Source: a virus
Direction: 5' to 3' (one strand)
Length of the DNA stretch: 64,000 bases
IMG/VR virus record: IMGVR_UViG_3300046323_000234
Shown piece by piece: positions 10,201-20,250 of this stretch; positions within the stretch are counted from its first letter, which is position 1, and each line of letters starts with the position of its first letter. The translations under genes and the position numbers were made by a program. Under the pieces are notes generated by a model. It saw nothing but the letters and a program-made list of their open reading frames with translations. It had not been told where the DNA came from and searched no databases.

Positions 10201-11187
10201 GGTTTACCACAAGACATTGCAACAACATCAAGCCCAACATTTAATAATTTAAATATTACAAATAATATTGTATCAAGTGCAATAACGATAACAAATAGTG
10301 CAAGGTTATTATATATTACTGGTACAACGAATCAAACATTGGTATTAACACCGAATGGTGTTATATCAGCAACTACAATTGCCATTATTGCGAATACGAA
10401 TATAATAACTGGTGGTACAAATTTTGGTGGAGGTATTGCTGTATATTCAGGTAATAATGTTAATAATTTATTCTTTAGAACATTAACTGGTAGAACAAAT
10501 CAAATAATCATATCAGCTAGTACTGATTTGATTACATTTAGCTTACCACAAGATATTGGTGGTACTTCATCGGTCAATTTTTCAAATTTAAATATTAGTA
10601 ATAATATTATAACAAATAATATTATTAGTGGTGGCTCTTTAAGTATAAATAGATTAGTTGTTGCATCAGCATTTACATCAACAGTTAGTACTGGAACACA
10701 ACCAATAAGTGTACAATCAAGAACATTGGTTACGAATCTAAATGCTAGTTTATTAGTTGGTCAGAGTGACACATTTTATGTTAACACAGGTACAAGTCAG
10801 ACAATAACTGGTATAAAGACATTTGTTTCGGATGTTGTTGCAATTAGAATGATAACAGCAAGTGCATTAACACTTACAGTAAGAACTGGAATGCCACCAT
10901 TGGTAGTGAGTTCATCAACAATGGTTGTGAATCTAAATGCTGATATGATTGATAATATTCAAGGTAATCAATTAATAACAGGTGGAACTAATCTAGGTGG
11001 TGGTGTACAAATATTTTCTGGAAATACACCATATAATTTAAATTTTAGAACGGTATTTGGTGATCCAACAATACAAATAAGTGCTAATACAACAACAGCA
11101 ACAATAATGTATAAACCAATCATTATCGTAACTGGCGATTCACCGACTGGCGTATATCCAGATGGGGCGATTTGGATACAAATCTAA
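7225..11187 (+). CDS. long repetitive tail fibre / virion fibre protein
   Basis: Repeats GE(I/V)NTASN.G.G, LPQDI, QTI(S/T)G.KTF, PLVVSSSTMVVNLNAD; ends GAIWIQI; late motif upstream. Confidence 0.8.
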   Translation: MGGRKITIKQIDATLIPDGKIVKASGGTLVFTSETTGVVDGDKGDIIISNTGQTYVIDQKAVTYDKIQDTLNTNILIGRYDPAGGVLQEIMIGTGLLITGDTLVSTAAFFGSGGTSGEINTASNLGTGIGLYSTKVGSDLRFKSIMAGPNIIISGNSSMIIISGSPSGEINTASNVGTGVELFKQKNGFDLEFKTISGTPNQITVISGSNLIRLALPQDIAITSSPTFLNVNADNIVTTGSNQTISGVKTFVNNIIASALTLTVTTGKPPLVVSSSTMVVNLNADLIDSIQGVDLVTGGTNFGGGISPFTTKVAKDLLFRGLTGRTNQIIISASTSLITFSLPQDIGGTSVPQFGGLNISNNIVSSAITVTNSARLLYITGTTNQTLVLTPNGVISATTIAIIANTNIITGGTNFGGGIAVYSGNNVNNLFFRTLTGRTNQIIISASTNLITFALPQDIGGTSVPQFGGLNITNNITTSAITITNSARLLYITGTTNQTLVITPNGIISATTIIDNGEVNTASNIGGGVGVFSDKSGVDLRFKTFSGTSNQVIISASTDMVIFRLPQDIATTSSPTFRNITTSAITVTNSARLLHITGTTDQILTLTPNGVVSATTIANYYNEIFPEDGASSNVTVTGWTRVAMRTSSSGRGQSIVTIYSRGGNSATASVQLYWGTSSSSSSAELRIVGGHLRVQGLEDDGVTPVFRSVLENTVTYLEMEVISVPRSYWARVNNVGSTLYPTTPLNFELSPLTGTTVAEIPYTALYVKDFQVNLDGSVSSRNFITASGFTSTVPIGTAPLVVNSSTLVNNLNVQYFDGLESSDYVNVSSPQSITGVKTFNNDIIVNKNIITSAITVTNSARLLYITGNTNLALILTPNGVISATTINTNNNIGTITGGTNLGSNFNIFSGNSGNNLFFRTIIGGGNISISGNNTTIIISGSSGASGEVNTASNIGNGVDIFANKSGDDLRFRTLSGTPNQINIFSGTSLLTFGLPQDIATTSSPTFNNLNITNNIVSSAITITNSARLLYITGTTNQTLVLTPNGVISATTIAIIANTNIITGGTNFGGGIAVYSGNNVNNLFFRTLTGRTNQIIISASTDLITFSLPQDIGGTSSVNFSNLNISNNIITNNIISGGSLSINRLVVASAFTSTVSTGTQPISVQSRTLVTNLNASLLVGQSDTFYVNTGTSQTITGIKTFVSDVVAIRMITASALTLTVRTGMPPLVVSSSTMVVNLNADMIDNIQGNQLITGGTNLGGGVQIFSGNTPYNLNFRTVFGDPTIQISANTTTATIMYKPIIIVTGDSPTGVYPDGAIWIQI
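8305..10569 (+). repeat. near-identical ~310 bp intragenic duplication (about 8305-8613 and 10261-10569)
   Basis: Both copies encode NNIVSSAIT.TNSARLLYITGTTNQTLVLTPNGVISATTIAIIANTNIITGGTNFGGGIAVYSGNNVNNLFFRTLTGRTNQIIISAST.LITF.LPQDIGGTS. Confidence 0.9.
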
Positions 11188-11237
11188 TTATGATATCTAA
11201 ACAAAATAAACTATTTATAAGAGATTAAATATAGTAA

Positions 11238-12872
11238 ATGTCCAATTTTACAACACGTCCAAATTTAGATAACAGAGATTTTACACAAACAAGTGGTTCA
11301 TCATTAAGTTTATATGGTGTAACTACTGTTGTTAATGATGGTGAATTAAATATTGATGGTATATTAAGGTCAAAGGGTATAATAATTGATGCAACAACAG
11401 GTGGAACTGGTTCAACAATTGGATATGGTTTAATATTTAATGGCGAAAGGATTTTATTACAACCAACCCTATCTAATGTTTCTTGGGGTAGTATTAATGG
11501 TGTATTATCTGGGCAAACTGATTTATGGAGGGTTATTAGTGGGACAACATCAAATGTTGGTGATATAACAGGTGCAACCAATGGTTTAACAAAGGTTGAT
11601 AAGGATATTAGATTAGGTGGTAGATTAAGTGGTACAACCACAATTATATTTGAGCAAACTGGTTCAACATATGGAAATATATCATATGTTTTAACAATTG
11701 GTGAAGAGGAAAATGCGTTTAATATAAGAACGACAAGCAATCAAGCAACAAATCCAATAACTGAGATAAAATCAAATGCATCAGAAATACAGTTATCACA
11801 TTCTGATGATATAACAGTTAGTACGGTTAATGTTGGCGATTCTGGTAATGAAATGTTAACGCTTGATGTTACTGGTGGTAGTTATAGTAAACAATCAACT
11901 GGCATTGATCCACAAATCAATTTACCATTTGCAAAAATGGAAACTGTTAGGAGTGATAATTCAGCAGTTAATCAAATAAGGGTTATAAGAACTGGTATTA
12001 CAATAACATTACAGAATTTTAATAATTCGGATTTAGTTAAATTAGAATTTTCAAATGATGGTGGAACTAAATATACCGATAATAGAATAATTAATACTGG
12101 TATTGAATATGCTGGTAATTATAGAACTGGTTTTACACAATTTACATTAGTTGATAAGGGATTTGTTGAACAATTAGTTAGTAATACATCTGGTTCAACA
12201 GTAGTATTACCATCAGCAATAACAAGAACTGAATTATTTACATATATATCATCAGCTAGTACATATACTGTAAGTACACCAGCTATTGATGTTTTATTTT
12301 TAGATGTTAATGGTATTGTACAAAGAAAAAATATTGATTATAGTGTTAGTGGAAATGTAATTACATTATTATCAACATATGATAACGGTGATATCATTCA
12401 AGTCGTATATTATCAAGATTATAATCACACAATAACTGTTGAAGCTTTTTGGGGTGATATATATGGTACATTGACTGCACAAACTGATTTGGTTAATTAT
12501 ATTGACCAACAAATATTAGCATCAACACCACCCTCTCCATTACCAACAATATCTGGTTATACCAATATATCAGCAGTTACATCAATAAATTTTAGTAATT
12601 ATAATATATTTAAAGCAAACGTAATTGGTGATTTATCACCATTATTAACTGGTGGAACAGAAGGTTTAACATATGTTTTAAGATTGAGAAATGAATCCAC
12701 TGGAACAACATATAATTTGTTTTGGTCTGGAAATACTTATTATAGAACCGATTCAATTCCATTGTTAAATATAATAGAACCTAGTACAACTAATGATTAT
12801 TATATTTTTAGACTTGATAATTATTATAAAATAAACGTAGATTATTCGATAGCCATAGTTACAACATCATGA
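11238..12872 (+). CDS. virion fibre / tail-associated protein
   Basis: WG.I.G.L..QTDL motif twice; VNG..Q....DY module; N-terminus shared with 16542; late motif upstream. Confidence 0.7.
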   Translation: MSNFTTRPNLDNRDFTQTSGSSLSLYGVTTVVNDGELNIDGILRSKGIIIDATTGGTGSTIGYGLIFNGERILLQPTLSNVSWGSINGVLSGQTDLWRVISGTTSNVGDITGATNGLTKVDKDIRLGGRLSGTTTIIFEQTGSTYGNISYVLTIGEEENAFNIRTTSNQATNPITEIKSNASEIQLSHSDDITVSTVNVGDSGNEMLTLDVTGGSYSKQSTGIDPQINLPFAKMETVRSDNSAVNQIRVIRTGITITLQNFNNSDLVKLEFSNDGGTKYTDNRIINTGIEYAGNYRTGFTQFTLVDKGFVEQLVSNTSGSTVVLPSAITRTELFTYISSASTYTVSTPAIDVLFLDVNGIVQRKNIDYSVSGNVITLLSTYDNGDIIQVVYYQDYNHTITVEAFWGDIYGTLTAQTDLVNYIDQQILASTPPSPLPTISGYTNISAVTSINFSNYNIFKANVIGDLSPLLTGGTEGLTYVLRLRNESTGTTYNLFWSGNTYYRTDSIPLLNIIEPSTTNDYYIFRLDNYYKINVDYSIAIVTTS

Positions 12873-13420
12873 GCATATTAGATTCATCAGGTAATAATCT
12901 ACCACCAGAAATTGGATTGGAAGGTCATTGGTTGACTAAATATGGTAAACCAATAACTAACACTGGTTTAATACCTAGTAGAGTAGGTAAAACTGACAGA
13001 TTTCCTGTTAGTGGGTCGTGTATTGCTCTCGATAAAACGGACGATTATGTTAATGTTGGTAATTTAAATACATCAGCTTCAACGATATGTGTTTGGGTTA
13101 AACCAAATAGTGTAACAGCAGTTGTAAATTATTTAATACAATTCACAACAAGACAATCAATTAATTTTATTAATGCTGTTGTAGCCCCAAGCGGTATTAC
13201 AAATACAATAATATATGTTAATGGTAATTCTGGTTCAACGTTAACAACAAACTGGAATCATTTAGTGGTAACTACACCAAATCCAATAAATTTAACAGAT
13301 GTTACTATTGGAAGATTTGAGGGAAATAAATATTATGGTGGACAATTATTTGATTTGATATTATATTCAGATGTAAAAACATTATCATTTATTAACGAAT
13401 TATATAATAGTTATTTGTAA
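12869..13420 (+). CDS. LamG / concanavalin-like domain protein
   Basis: DDYVNVG, TICVWVKP, WNHLVVT, IGR...YYGG.L.DL.LY. Confidence 0.75.
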   Translation: MSILDSSGNNLPPEIGLEGHWLTKYGKPITNTGLIPSRVGKTDRFPVSGSCIALDKTDDYVNVGNLNTSASTICVWVKPNSVTAVVNYLIQFTTRQSINFINAVVAPSGITNTIIYVNGNSGSTLTTNWNHLVVTTPNPINLTDVTIGRFEGNKYYGGQLFDLILYSDVKTLSFINELYNSYL

Positions 13421-15543
13421 TGGCAGATTTAACACAAAATACTATATTAAGATTTAAATGTGATGAATCAACTGGAACGACAGTTTATGATTCATCTGGT
13501 AATGCAATACATAAAGCATTAATTGGTAACATACCAAGAACATCACAAAACATATATTCATTTGCAAATGAAGAAGGATATACATTAAGTGGTTCAACAA
13601 GAATACCAAAACTAAATAATTCAAATACATTGGATGTATTTGGAAATCAATTAACATATAAAGGTAAGGTAAGTTATCCAGCAGAGTTTGTTGAAAGTAA
13701 TGCTCTATCATTCGACACAATCGATGATTATGCTGAATTTCCAAATCCATATTCTTTTTTAAGAACAAATGGATTTACAACAGATTTACCTGTTAGTATT
13801 TTTGCGAGAGTTATGTTTAAGGAAAATGGATCTGATGTTATTGTATTGGGTGCTTCTGAGAATGTCGCATCAAGTGCTGATAGTGATTTTGTTGTATATA
13901 CTGATTCTGCAACAAATAAACTCAGATTCTCTATATATAGTGCAAAAGCAAGTTCATCAAATCCAAATAGAATAAGTGTTTATCAAGCTAGTTTAATACC
14001 AACATTAAATAGATATTATAATATTGTAATAACATATAATGGAAATCGTGATTCAACATCTGTAACATATTATGTTGATGGTATTTCAACATCTGTGGAT
14101 TTATATACATTTATTGGTGTTGGTCATTATACTGGAAAAACACAAGCATTAAGAAGTACTTGGCAAGTATCTAAATTTGGAAGTATAAACTTCAGTTCAA
14201 AAGAAATATCTGCACTTAGTATTTATAATTCAGTATTAACTGCACAAGAGGCTTTAAATTTACATAATGGTATATTTACAAAACCAGCAGTAGTATTTTT
14301 TCCATTTTCAGAAGGTATTGGAAATAATACATATACGACAAGTGGAAGTATAATTACTGGCGCAACATTATTCGGTGGTGTTACAAGATCAAAACAGGAT
14401 ATATATCCATATAACCAATTAAATAATCATTGGCAGTATGTATCAGGAAACACAAGTGGACAAACTGTAACATTATATAGTCCAATAGATTTAACTAATA
14501 GTGTACCAACTGGATTTACATTTAGTAGATTTGTACAAGGTTCGAGATATTATTTAAATGGAAGTGAATCCAAAGTAAATTTTAATTATTATAATGCACC
14601 CAAGACAAATTTATTGCCAACTGGATATACGCAACAAACATCACCTAGTTCATTTCTTTTTTATAGAAATATTTTGGTTAGTAGTGGTACATCCGAATTT
14701 TTATTATATCCAGTAATTAACAATGTGAAAATAGTTAATAAAATTGCTAATTATTCTAGGTTAACAAATATCACCGATAGTGATGTTTTAAATGTTATAT
14801 CTATTATGACTGGATTAACAAAAAATGAACAATATGGTTTAAATTATTTAATAACATATTTAAAATTAACTAATTTATGGAATAAGTTAAAAGCTATTTA
14901 TCCATTTATTGGGCGAACGTCAGCGAATCATAAGTTTAATATCAAAAATCCTTTAGATACTAATGGTGCTTTTAGATTAACATTTTCTGGTGGTGTAACA
15001 CATAACGAAAATGGTGTAACATTTGATGGAATAAATGGATATGCAAATACTTATTTTACACCAACTGCACAACTTACTCAAAATAGTGAATCAATAATTT
15101 ACTATTCTAGGTCTTCTGGTGTTGGTGCAGCAGGTGTACAAGATGACATTGGTACTGCAACGTCAATAATAATTCGAAGTGGTATGATTGTTCGTAATGA
15201 TGTTGGTAATTTTGTATCACAAATGAATAGCGTAACAAATGGACTTACAAGTGTATCGAATCCAGATGGTAAAGGTATTTATGTTTCTAGTAGAATTTCT
15301 TCAACATCTGGGAAATTATTCAAAAATAAAAAAGAAGTTGCATCTAATATAAATGCAAATAATGGTACATTAGGAAATTCAAATCATTATATAGGTTGTA
15401 GAAACGTCAGTAATGTTGCCCAAAGTTTTACACCAAGAAATACAGGATTTGTTGCACTTGGTGATGGGTTAAGTGATATTGAAGCTATTAATTTAAGTAA
15501 TATAATAGAAATAACACAAGTAATTTTAAATAGAAACGTATAA
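13420..15543 (+). CDS. LamG-domain virion / receptor-binding protein
   Basis: ALSFD..DDY, YNIVITY, IYNSVLTAQE; C-terminal LWNKLKAIYPFIG..A..HKFN.K.P module. Confidence 0.75.
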   Translation: MADLTQNTILRFKCDESTGTTVYDSSGNAIHKALIGNIPRTSQNIYSFANEEGYTLSGSTRIPKLNNSNTLDVFGNQLTYKGKVSYPAEFVESNALSFDTIDDYAEFPNPYSFLRTNGFTTDLPVSIFARVMFKENGSDVIVLGASENVASSADSDFVVYTDSATNKLRFSIYSAKASSSNPNRISVYQASLIPTLNRYYNIVITYNGNRDSTSVTYYVDGISTSVDLYTFIGVGHYTGKTQALRSTWQVSKFGSINFSSKEISALSIYNSVLTAQEALNLHNGIFTKPAVVFFPFSEGIGNNTYTTSGSIITGATLFGGVTRSKQDIYPYNQLNNHWQYVSGNTSGQTVTLYSPIDLTNSVPTGFTFSRFVQGSRYYLNGSESKVNFNYYNAPKTNLLPTGYTQQTSPSSFLFYRNILVSSGTSEFLLYPVINNVKIVNKIANYSRLTNITDSDVLNVISIMTGLTKNEQYGLNYLITYLKLTNLWNKLKAIYPFIGRTSANHKFNIKNPLDTNGAFRLTFSGGVTHNENGVTFDGINGYANTYFTPTAQLTQNSESIIYYSRSSGVGAAGVQDDIGTATSIIIRSGMIVRNDVGNFVSQMNSVTNGLTSVSNPDGKGIYVSSRISSTSGKLFKNKKEVASNINANNGTLGNSNHYIGCRNVSNVAQSFTPRNTGFVALGDGLSDIEAINLSNIIEITQVILNRNV

Positions 15544-15544
15544 T

Positions 15545-16063
15545 ATGAAAATAATTTTCCCATTAAACACGGCATTACAGAGTGGTAAATATGCAAATCT
15601 AATATTGGATTTACTAATATTTCCATCAGCACAACAGCATTACATAAATGAGAATGCTAAATCATTAGAGATTTCGGATAGAGATTTTGGTGTATGGTGT
15701 CAATTCAATGCAACAACACCGATTACAAAAATTAAAGAAATTGCTGATGATATTATATCAGCAAATCAAACATATGGATTTACAACACCAGATATATTAG
15801 AAATACCATTATGGATAAAAGGTGATATTGGAATATTGGATAGTGAATATATAACTGGAACAACGTATAGACAATTACATGAATCTGATTATCCAAATGC
15901 GCCATTTGCTACCAATGGAAGTGAATGTATAATTAGAATTCCTAATTGGGAGAATTGTGATATGGATTTCTTTTTGGAATTATATAATAAGCAAGGTGGA
16001 TTATACAATATGTCTTTATTAACAGTAACACAAATGCAAACATTAACAACAAGTTGGATATAA
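15545..16063 (+). CDS. hypothetical protein, possible fibre-associated protein or chaperone
   Basis: Starts 1 nt after the LamG protein stop. Confidence 0.5.
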   Translation: MKIIFPLNTALQSGKYANLILDLLIFPSAQQHYINENAKSLEISDRDFGVWCQFNATTPITKIKEIADDIISANQTYGFTTPDILEIPLWIKGDIGILDSEYITGTTYRQLHESDYPNAPFATNGSECIIRIPNWENCDMDFFLELYNKQGGLYNMSLLTVTQMQTLTTSWI

Positions 16064-16074
16064 ATTATAAAAAA

Positions 16075-16515
16075 ATGAAAAATAAAACAACAAAAACACA
16101 AGAAGATAAACTATTACATTATTTTGATGAGGAAAAGAACAAAAGAATGTTCTCTTACGATAAGGATGAATATTTTATTATTGATGGTGTAAAATATCTA
16201 GTTCCATCTCATTTAAATAATGAACGTTTCTATTTCGATGGGGCAACTGTACCAAGAATATTTTGGTGGATATTTCCACCTACAGGTAAAGCATTTAAGG
16301 CAGCATCATTGCATGATGTATTTTATGTTAGTGGATTTATAGATCAAATAACAAAAGGTAAGGTGACTAGAAGATTTGCTGATAAACTGTTTTTAAAACA
16401 TATGTTACAAGATAAAGTTCCAGCAATTCAATCCCATACTTTTTATATTATGGTTAGAGCATTTGGTGGCATCAAATTTTGGTTAGATGAGAGAAAAAGA
16501 AATAAATCCAAATAA
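16075..16515 (+). CDS. DUF1353 family protein
   Basis: FDGATVPRIFW, AASLHDVFY, RRFADKLF, VRAFG; ATG at 16075 preferred over 16054. Confidence 0.8.
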   Translation: MKNKTTKTQEDKLLHYFDEEKNKRMFSYDKDEYFIIDGVKYLVPSHLNNERFYFDGATVPRIFWWIFPPTGKAFKAASLHDVFYVSGFIDQITKGKVTRRFADKLFLKHMLQDKVPAIQSHTFYIMVRAFGGIKFWLDERKRNKSK

Positions 16516-16541
16516 CTATTTATATATAAATATCATATTTC

Positions 16542-17372
16542 GTGAGCAACTTTACCACAAGGCCAAATTTAGACAATAGAGACTTCACACAAACCAGTGG
16601 ATCAACATTAAATTTATATGGTAACATCATTTTTGATAAATCTATCATATTAAATGGTGTTAATATAAATGCATCGACTGGTTCATCACTATTTGGATAT
16701 GTTTTAACACATACAGCTAATGGTATTGAATTAAAAGCACCATCTGGATTCACATCGGGTGGTGGAAGCGGTGGTGTTGGTGATATAACTGGTGCTACGA
16801 ATATTGGTGGTGGTGTTGGAGTATTTGCACAAAAGAATAATAAAGATTTTGAATTTAAATCATTTATTCCATTAAGTGCCATGACAATATCTGGCAATTC
16901 AGATCTAATATACTTTGGAGTAAATATTGATGAAACTAGAACACAAAACAGAAATACAGTTCCCAATAGTAAATTATTGGATGATCAATTAATAATTATT
17001 AATACTGGTGCAACATTTAATAGATCATATCAATTACCAGTTGCATTAATTAGTGGAATATCCAGCACATATATAATAGATTTATCACAGGGTGAATTAC
17101 ATACATTGTTATTGTCAGGAAATACTACATTAAATTATACTGGTCATACGATTGGTAAGACATATACGTTAATAATAAAAAAAGAAACAACAAATAAAAC
17201 ATTATCATTTACAACTGGTAGATATATGTTTCCGTTTGGAACAGAACCAGTTACAACCGATCCAACAGCGAATGGTAGTTCACCAGCAAAGAGTGATGAT
17301 ATATTAACATTATTATGTGTTGAATCAGCAAGAATGGCAGTTGTTTCAACACCAAATCTAATAAACAATTAA
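16542..17372 (+). CDS. virion fibre protein, N-terminus paralogous to 11238
   Basis: MSNFTTRPNLDNRDFTQTSGS identical to 11238; ITGATNIGGG...FEFKS module as in 7225. Confidence 0.7.
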   Translation: MSNFTTRPNLDNRDFTQTSGSTLNLYGNIIFDKSIILNGVNINASTGSSLFGYVLTHTANGIELKAPSGFTSGGGSGGVGDITGATNIGGGVGVFAQKNNKDFEFKSFIPLSAMTISGNSDLIYFGVNIDETRTQNRNTVPNSKLLDDQLIIINTGATFNRSYQLPVALISGISSTYIIDLSQGELHTLLLSGNTTLNYTGHTIGKTYTLIIKKETTNKTLSFTTGRYMFPFGTEPVTTDPTANGSSPAKSDDILTLLCVESARMAVVSTPNLINN

Positions 17373-17376
17373 TAAA

Positions 17377-19614
17377 ATGTTATTTGGATTTAGAGGACAT
17401 TGGAATGGGGTTATAGATACCACCGCAAATGGTGAGGTGAGTGTTGGATTGATACAAATGAGAGTTTCAATAGCATCACCTGATATATTTAGTGGTGTGG
17501 TTGATATTGTTCCATTTTATTATGAAGCAGATGTTAATAGTGGTGGAACACCATTGAATATTTCATTAAATGGTACATTTGTATCAGCAGCAACCACAAC
17601 AAATAGAAGTGGATTTATTAGAGAAGGAACATATTCTTTACCAACTGATGGATATGGTGCAGCAACTCTTAGTGGCAGTAGAACGTTCGGATCACAATAC
17701 GTAGAACCAATTTCACCATTAACTAGAAGAAATAGATTTAATATATCTAGACCTGATTTGATTGAAGCAATAGATATTACAACATTATCAAATAATGGTG
17801 GTAAATCAAATACATCAAATCAACAGAGGAATATTAATTTTGACGATTATTCTAGATTTACGAATCTAAAATATATATCATTTAATGAAGGATATATTTC
17901 AGGAATGACTGGTAATTTACCAAATAGTTTAGAATATTTAAGAATTGGTGAACAACCAGTATTAAGAAATATTCCTAAAATTAATAATGGATTAAAACAT
18001 TTTATTCTAAATGAAACAGCAATCCCAACATCAGCAATAACATACACACTATCAGGTGTTTCAACATTAGAAACATTAAATTTTATAAATTTTTCGCCAT
18101 ATCCAAGTGTTAATGCTAATATACAACAATTATCTAATAATCTTGATTTAATAACTAATACATCGTTAAAAAATTTATATATAATTAATAAATCAAGTGG
18201 TGATATTTTTTTACACAATAATCATAATCAATGGGTTGATTTTTATGTGAGAAATTCAATGTACACCAATATTGGATATATAAATAGTTTATTTACAGGT
18301 TCAACCGTTAGAGATTTATTTATTGATGGAAATGGTTTATCATGGAATAGAAATATCGATAGTGATGATATAAATAATAATATGAGATATTGTTATTTAT
18401 ATAGTACCAATATTAGTGGTAATTGTATTATTACAGATAATAAACCCAATCTAATCGATTTTAGATTAGGTAATAATACATTAAGAAGTGGTGTACAACT
18501 AAATTCACATCCAATAGTAAATATTAGTGGTTTAACTGCTTGTGAAACGATTGATTTGAGTGGATGTAATGTTGAAGAATTAGAGCTACCTGTTAATACT
18601 GTTTGTACTTCTTTAATTTTGCTTGATAATAGGTTAGATATCGGTATTAATCCAAATTTAGTGGCTAAGATTAATGCGATGACCGCATTGGTTACATTGC
18701 AATTATCGAACAGCACCAATTTTTCTGGAGGCGCAGCAACGGGGCAGAATTCTACAAATGGATTGGGCGCAAACCCCGATTTATCAAGTCTTGTAAATGC
18801 AACCACTATTTTTATAGGCTCTTGTAAAATTACAGGAATATTAACTCTTCCAAATGTTAATAAATTAACTCAATTAACAGTTAGCGAAAATACAGGACTG
18901 ACAAGTATCGCTAATATTGCACCCCATGTTTCTTTGCTTTTATTTAGAGCAATAAACTGCCCTGCATTAGTCATTGCAAATCTTGCAACGTTTCCTGTGG
19001 CTACAACATTTCAAGCAGGAAAATGCACATTTACGTTATCTGATTACTCAACAAGGACTTCTGCAACAGAAATTAACCTTGATTTAAGAGAATGTGTATT
19101 TTCTAGTGGAGACTTTATATTTCCTTCTGTTGCTGGAAGGTTTCAAATACCGAACAATGGAAATCTATTAATAACAGATTCGCCCACATTAACCGCTTTG
19201 ACGAATTCTGAATTTATAACAGTTCAATCTTTAACTAATTCAACAACATTTAATGTGTCTAATTGTGCTATAAATCAAATCATACCTTTTGGTCAAAATT
19301 CATTCCTGCCGAGAACAATGTTAGTACAAGGAAATGGAATGAATGTTACAAATGTTGACGGCACAATAGATTCAATTTATCAAAATAGTGCAAAATGGGA
19401 TAGAACAGTTGTTCACATATTAAACATCGCTGGCACAAACGCCACACCAAGTGGTTCATATGCTGCACCATCTGGTTATATACAAGCTGATGGCGTTACA
19501 AATGGTAATGATGGATCACCAGTAAGTGCCAAAGAACAAATGTATGTTTTAGTAAATCAAAACGTAGATTTAACAACAACAAAGAAATATAATTGGACGA
19601 TAACAACAAGTTAA
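17377..19614 (+). CDS. leucine-rich-repeat / beta-solenoid virion (receptor-binding) protein
   Basis: LxxLxL-type repeats (NLKYISF, SLEYLRI, TLETLNF, SLKNLYI, KLTQLTV); ends WTITTS. Confidence 0.65.
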   Translation: MLFGFRGHWNGVIDTTANGEVSVGLIQMRVSIASPDIFSGVVDIVPFYYEADVNSGGTPLNISLNGTFVSAATTTNRSGFIREGTYSLPTDGYGAATLSGSRTFGSQYVEPISPLTRRNRFNISRPDLIEAIDITTLSNNGGKSNTSNQQRNINFDDYSRFTNLKYISFNEGYISGMTGNLPNSLEYLRIGEQPVLRNIPKINNGLKHFILNETAIPTSAITYTLSGVSTLETLNFINFSPYPSVNANIQQLSNNLDLITNTSLKNLYIINKSSGDIFLHNNHNQWVDFYVRNSMYTNIGYINSLFTGSTVRDLFIDGNGLSWNRNIDSDDINNNMRYCYLYSTNISGNCIITDNKPNLIDFRLGNNTLRSGVQLNSHPIVNISGLTACETIDLSGCNVEELELPVNTVCTSLILLDNRLDIGINPNLVAKINAMTALVTLQLSNSTNFSGGAATGQNSTNGLGANPDLSSLVNATTIFIGSCKITGILTLPNVNKLTQLTVSENTGLTSIANIAPHVSLLLFRAINCPALVIANLATFPVATTFQAGKCTFTLSDYSTRTSATEINLDLRECVFSSGDFIFPSVAGRFQIPNNGNLLITDSPTLTALTNSEFITVQSLTNSTTFNVSNCAINQIIPFGQNSFLPRTMLVQGNGMNVTNVDGTIDSIYQNSAKWDRTVVHILNIAGTNATPSGSYAAPSGYIQADGVTNGNDGSPVSAKEQMYVLVNQNVDLTTTKKYNWTITTS

Positions 19615-19615
19615 T

Positions 19616-19789
19616 ATGCAATATGCTTTTTTTCATAAGGATAAAATATTAGTAGATGTATATGAATATACTGGTGGAACAATATATACGGCAAATAGTT
19701 TATATATCGGCACTATTCAAGAAGCTATTAAAATATTTAAATTACAAAAGATAGATTATTCCTTATTAACGGAATTAAATCTAATCTAA
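19616..19789 (+). CDS. small hypothetical protein (57 aa, not in ORF track)
   Basis: MQYAFFHKDKILVDVYEYTGGTIYTANSL...ELNLI*; starts 1 nt after the previous stop. Confidence 0.6.
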   Translation: MQYAFFHKDKILVDVYEYTGGTIYTANSLYIGTIQEAIKIFKLQKIDYSLLTELNLI

Positions 19790-19814
19790 TAATCTATTTA
19801 TAATAAAGAATTAA

Positions 19815-20213
19815 ATGAAAAAATTTTTCATAAAAAAAGATTCAACATTTCCATCATTGGAAATACCATTAACTGATATATCTGAAAGATTTGATATAAC
19901 TGATGATATGTGGGAGAATTGTGCTGTTACATTTTCAATGTATGATACTGAAAAGAAAGTATATAGAATAGCAAATAAAGAAGGTCAATTAATAGTTAGA
20001 GATAGAATACAACAAATTATAAAACCATATAATTATTTTGTTGGATATACGTTTGAAACAAAAGATACAAAATATTCTGGAATATATCATGGTGAGTTTA
20101 AAATAGACTTCTTTGATCAATATGGAAACAATTGTTTAAAACTAACAATACCAAATGAAGATATGTTATATATCATAATTGAAGATTCTATTACAAAAAC
20201 AACAGTTATTTAA
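19815..20213 (+). CDS. BppU-N-like baseplate / tail adaptor protein
   Basis: FFIKKDSTFPSL, VTFSM, DTKYSGIYHGEFKI, LTIP; late motif upstream. Confidence 0.6.
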   Translation: MKKFFIKKDSTFPSLEIPLTDISERFDITDDMWENCAVTFSMYDTEKKVYRIANKEGQLIVRDRIQQIIKPYNYFVGYTFETKDTKYSGIYHGEFKIDFFDQYGNNCLKLTIPNEDMLYIIIEDSITKTTVI

Positions 20214-20250
20214 GATTTTTCCGTTAGGACTGTTTGCGTTACTGCAAACC

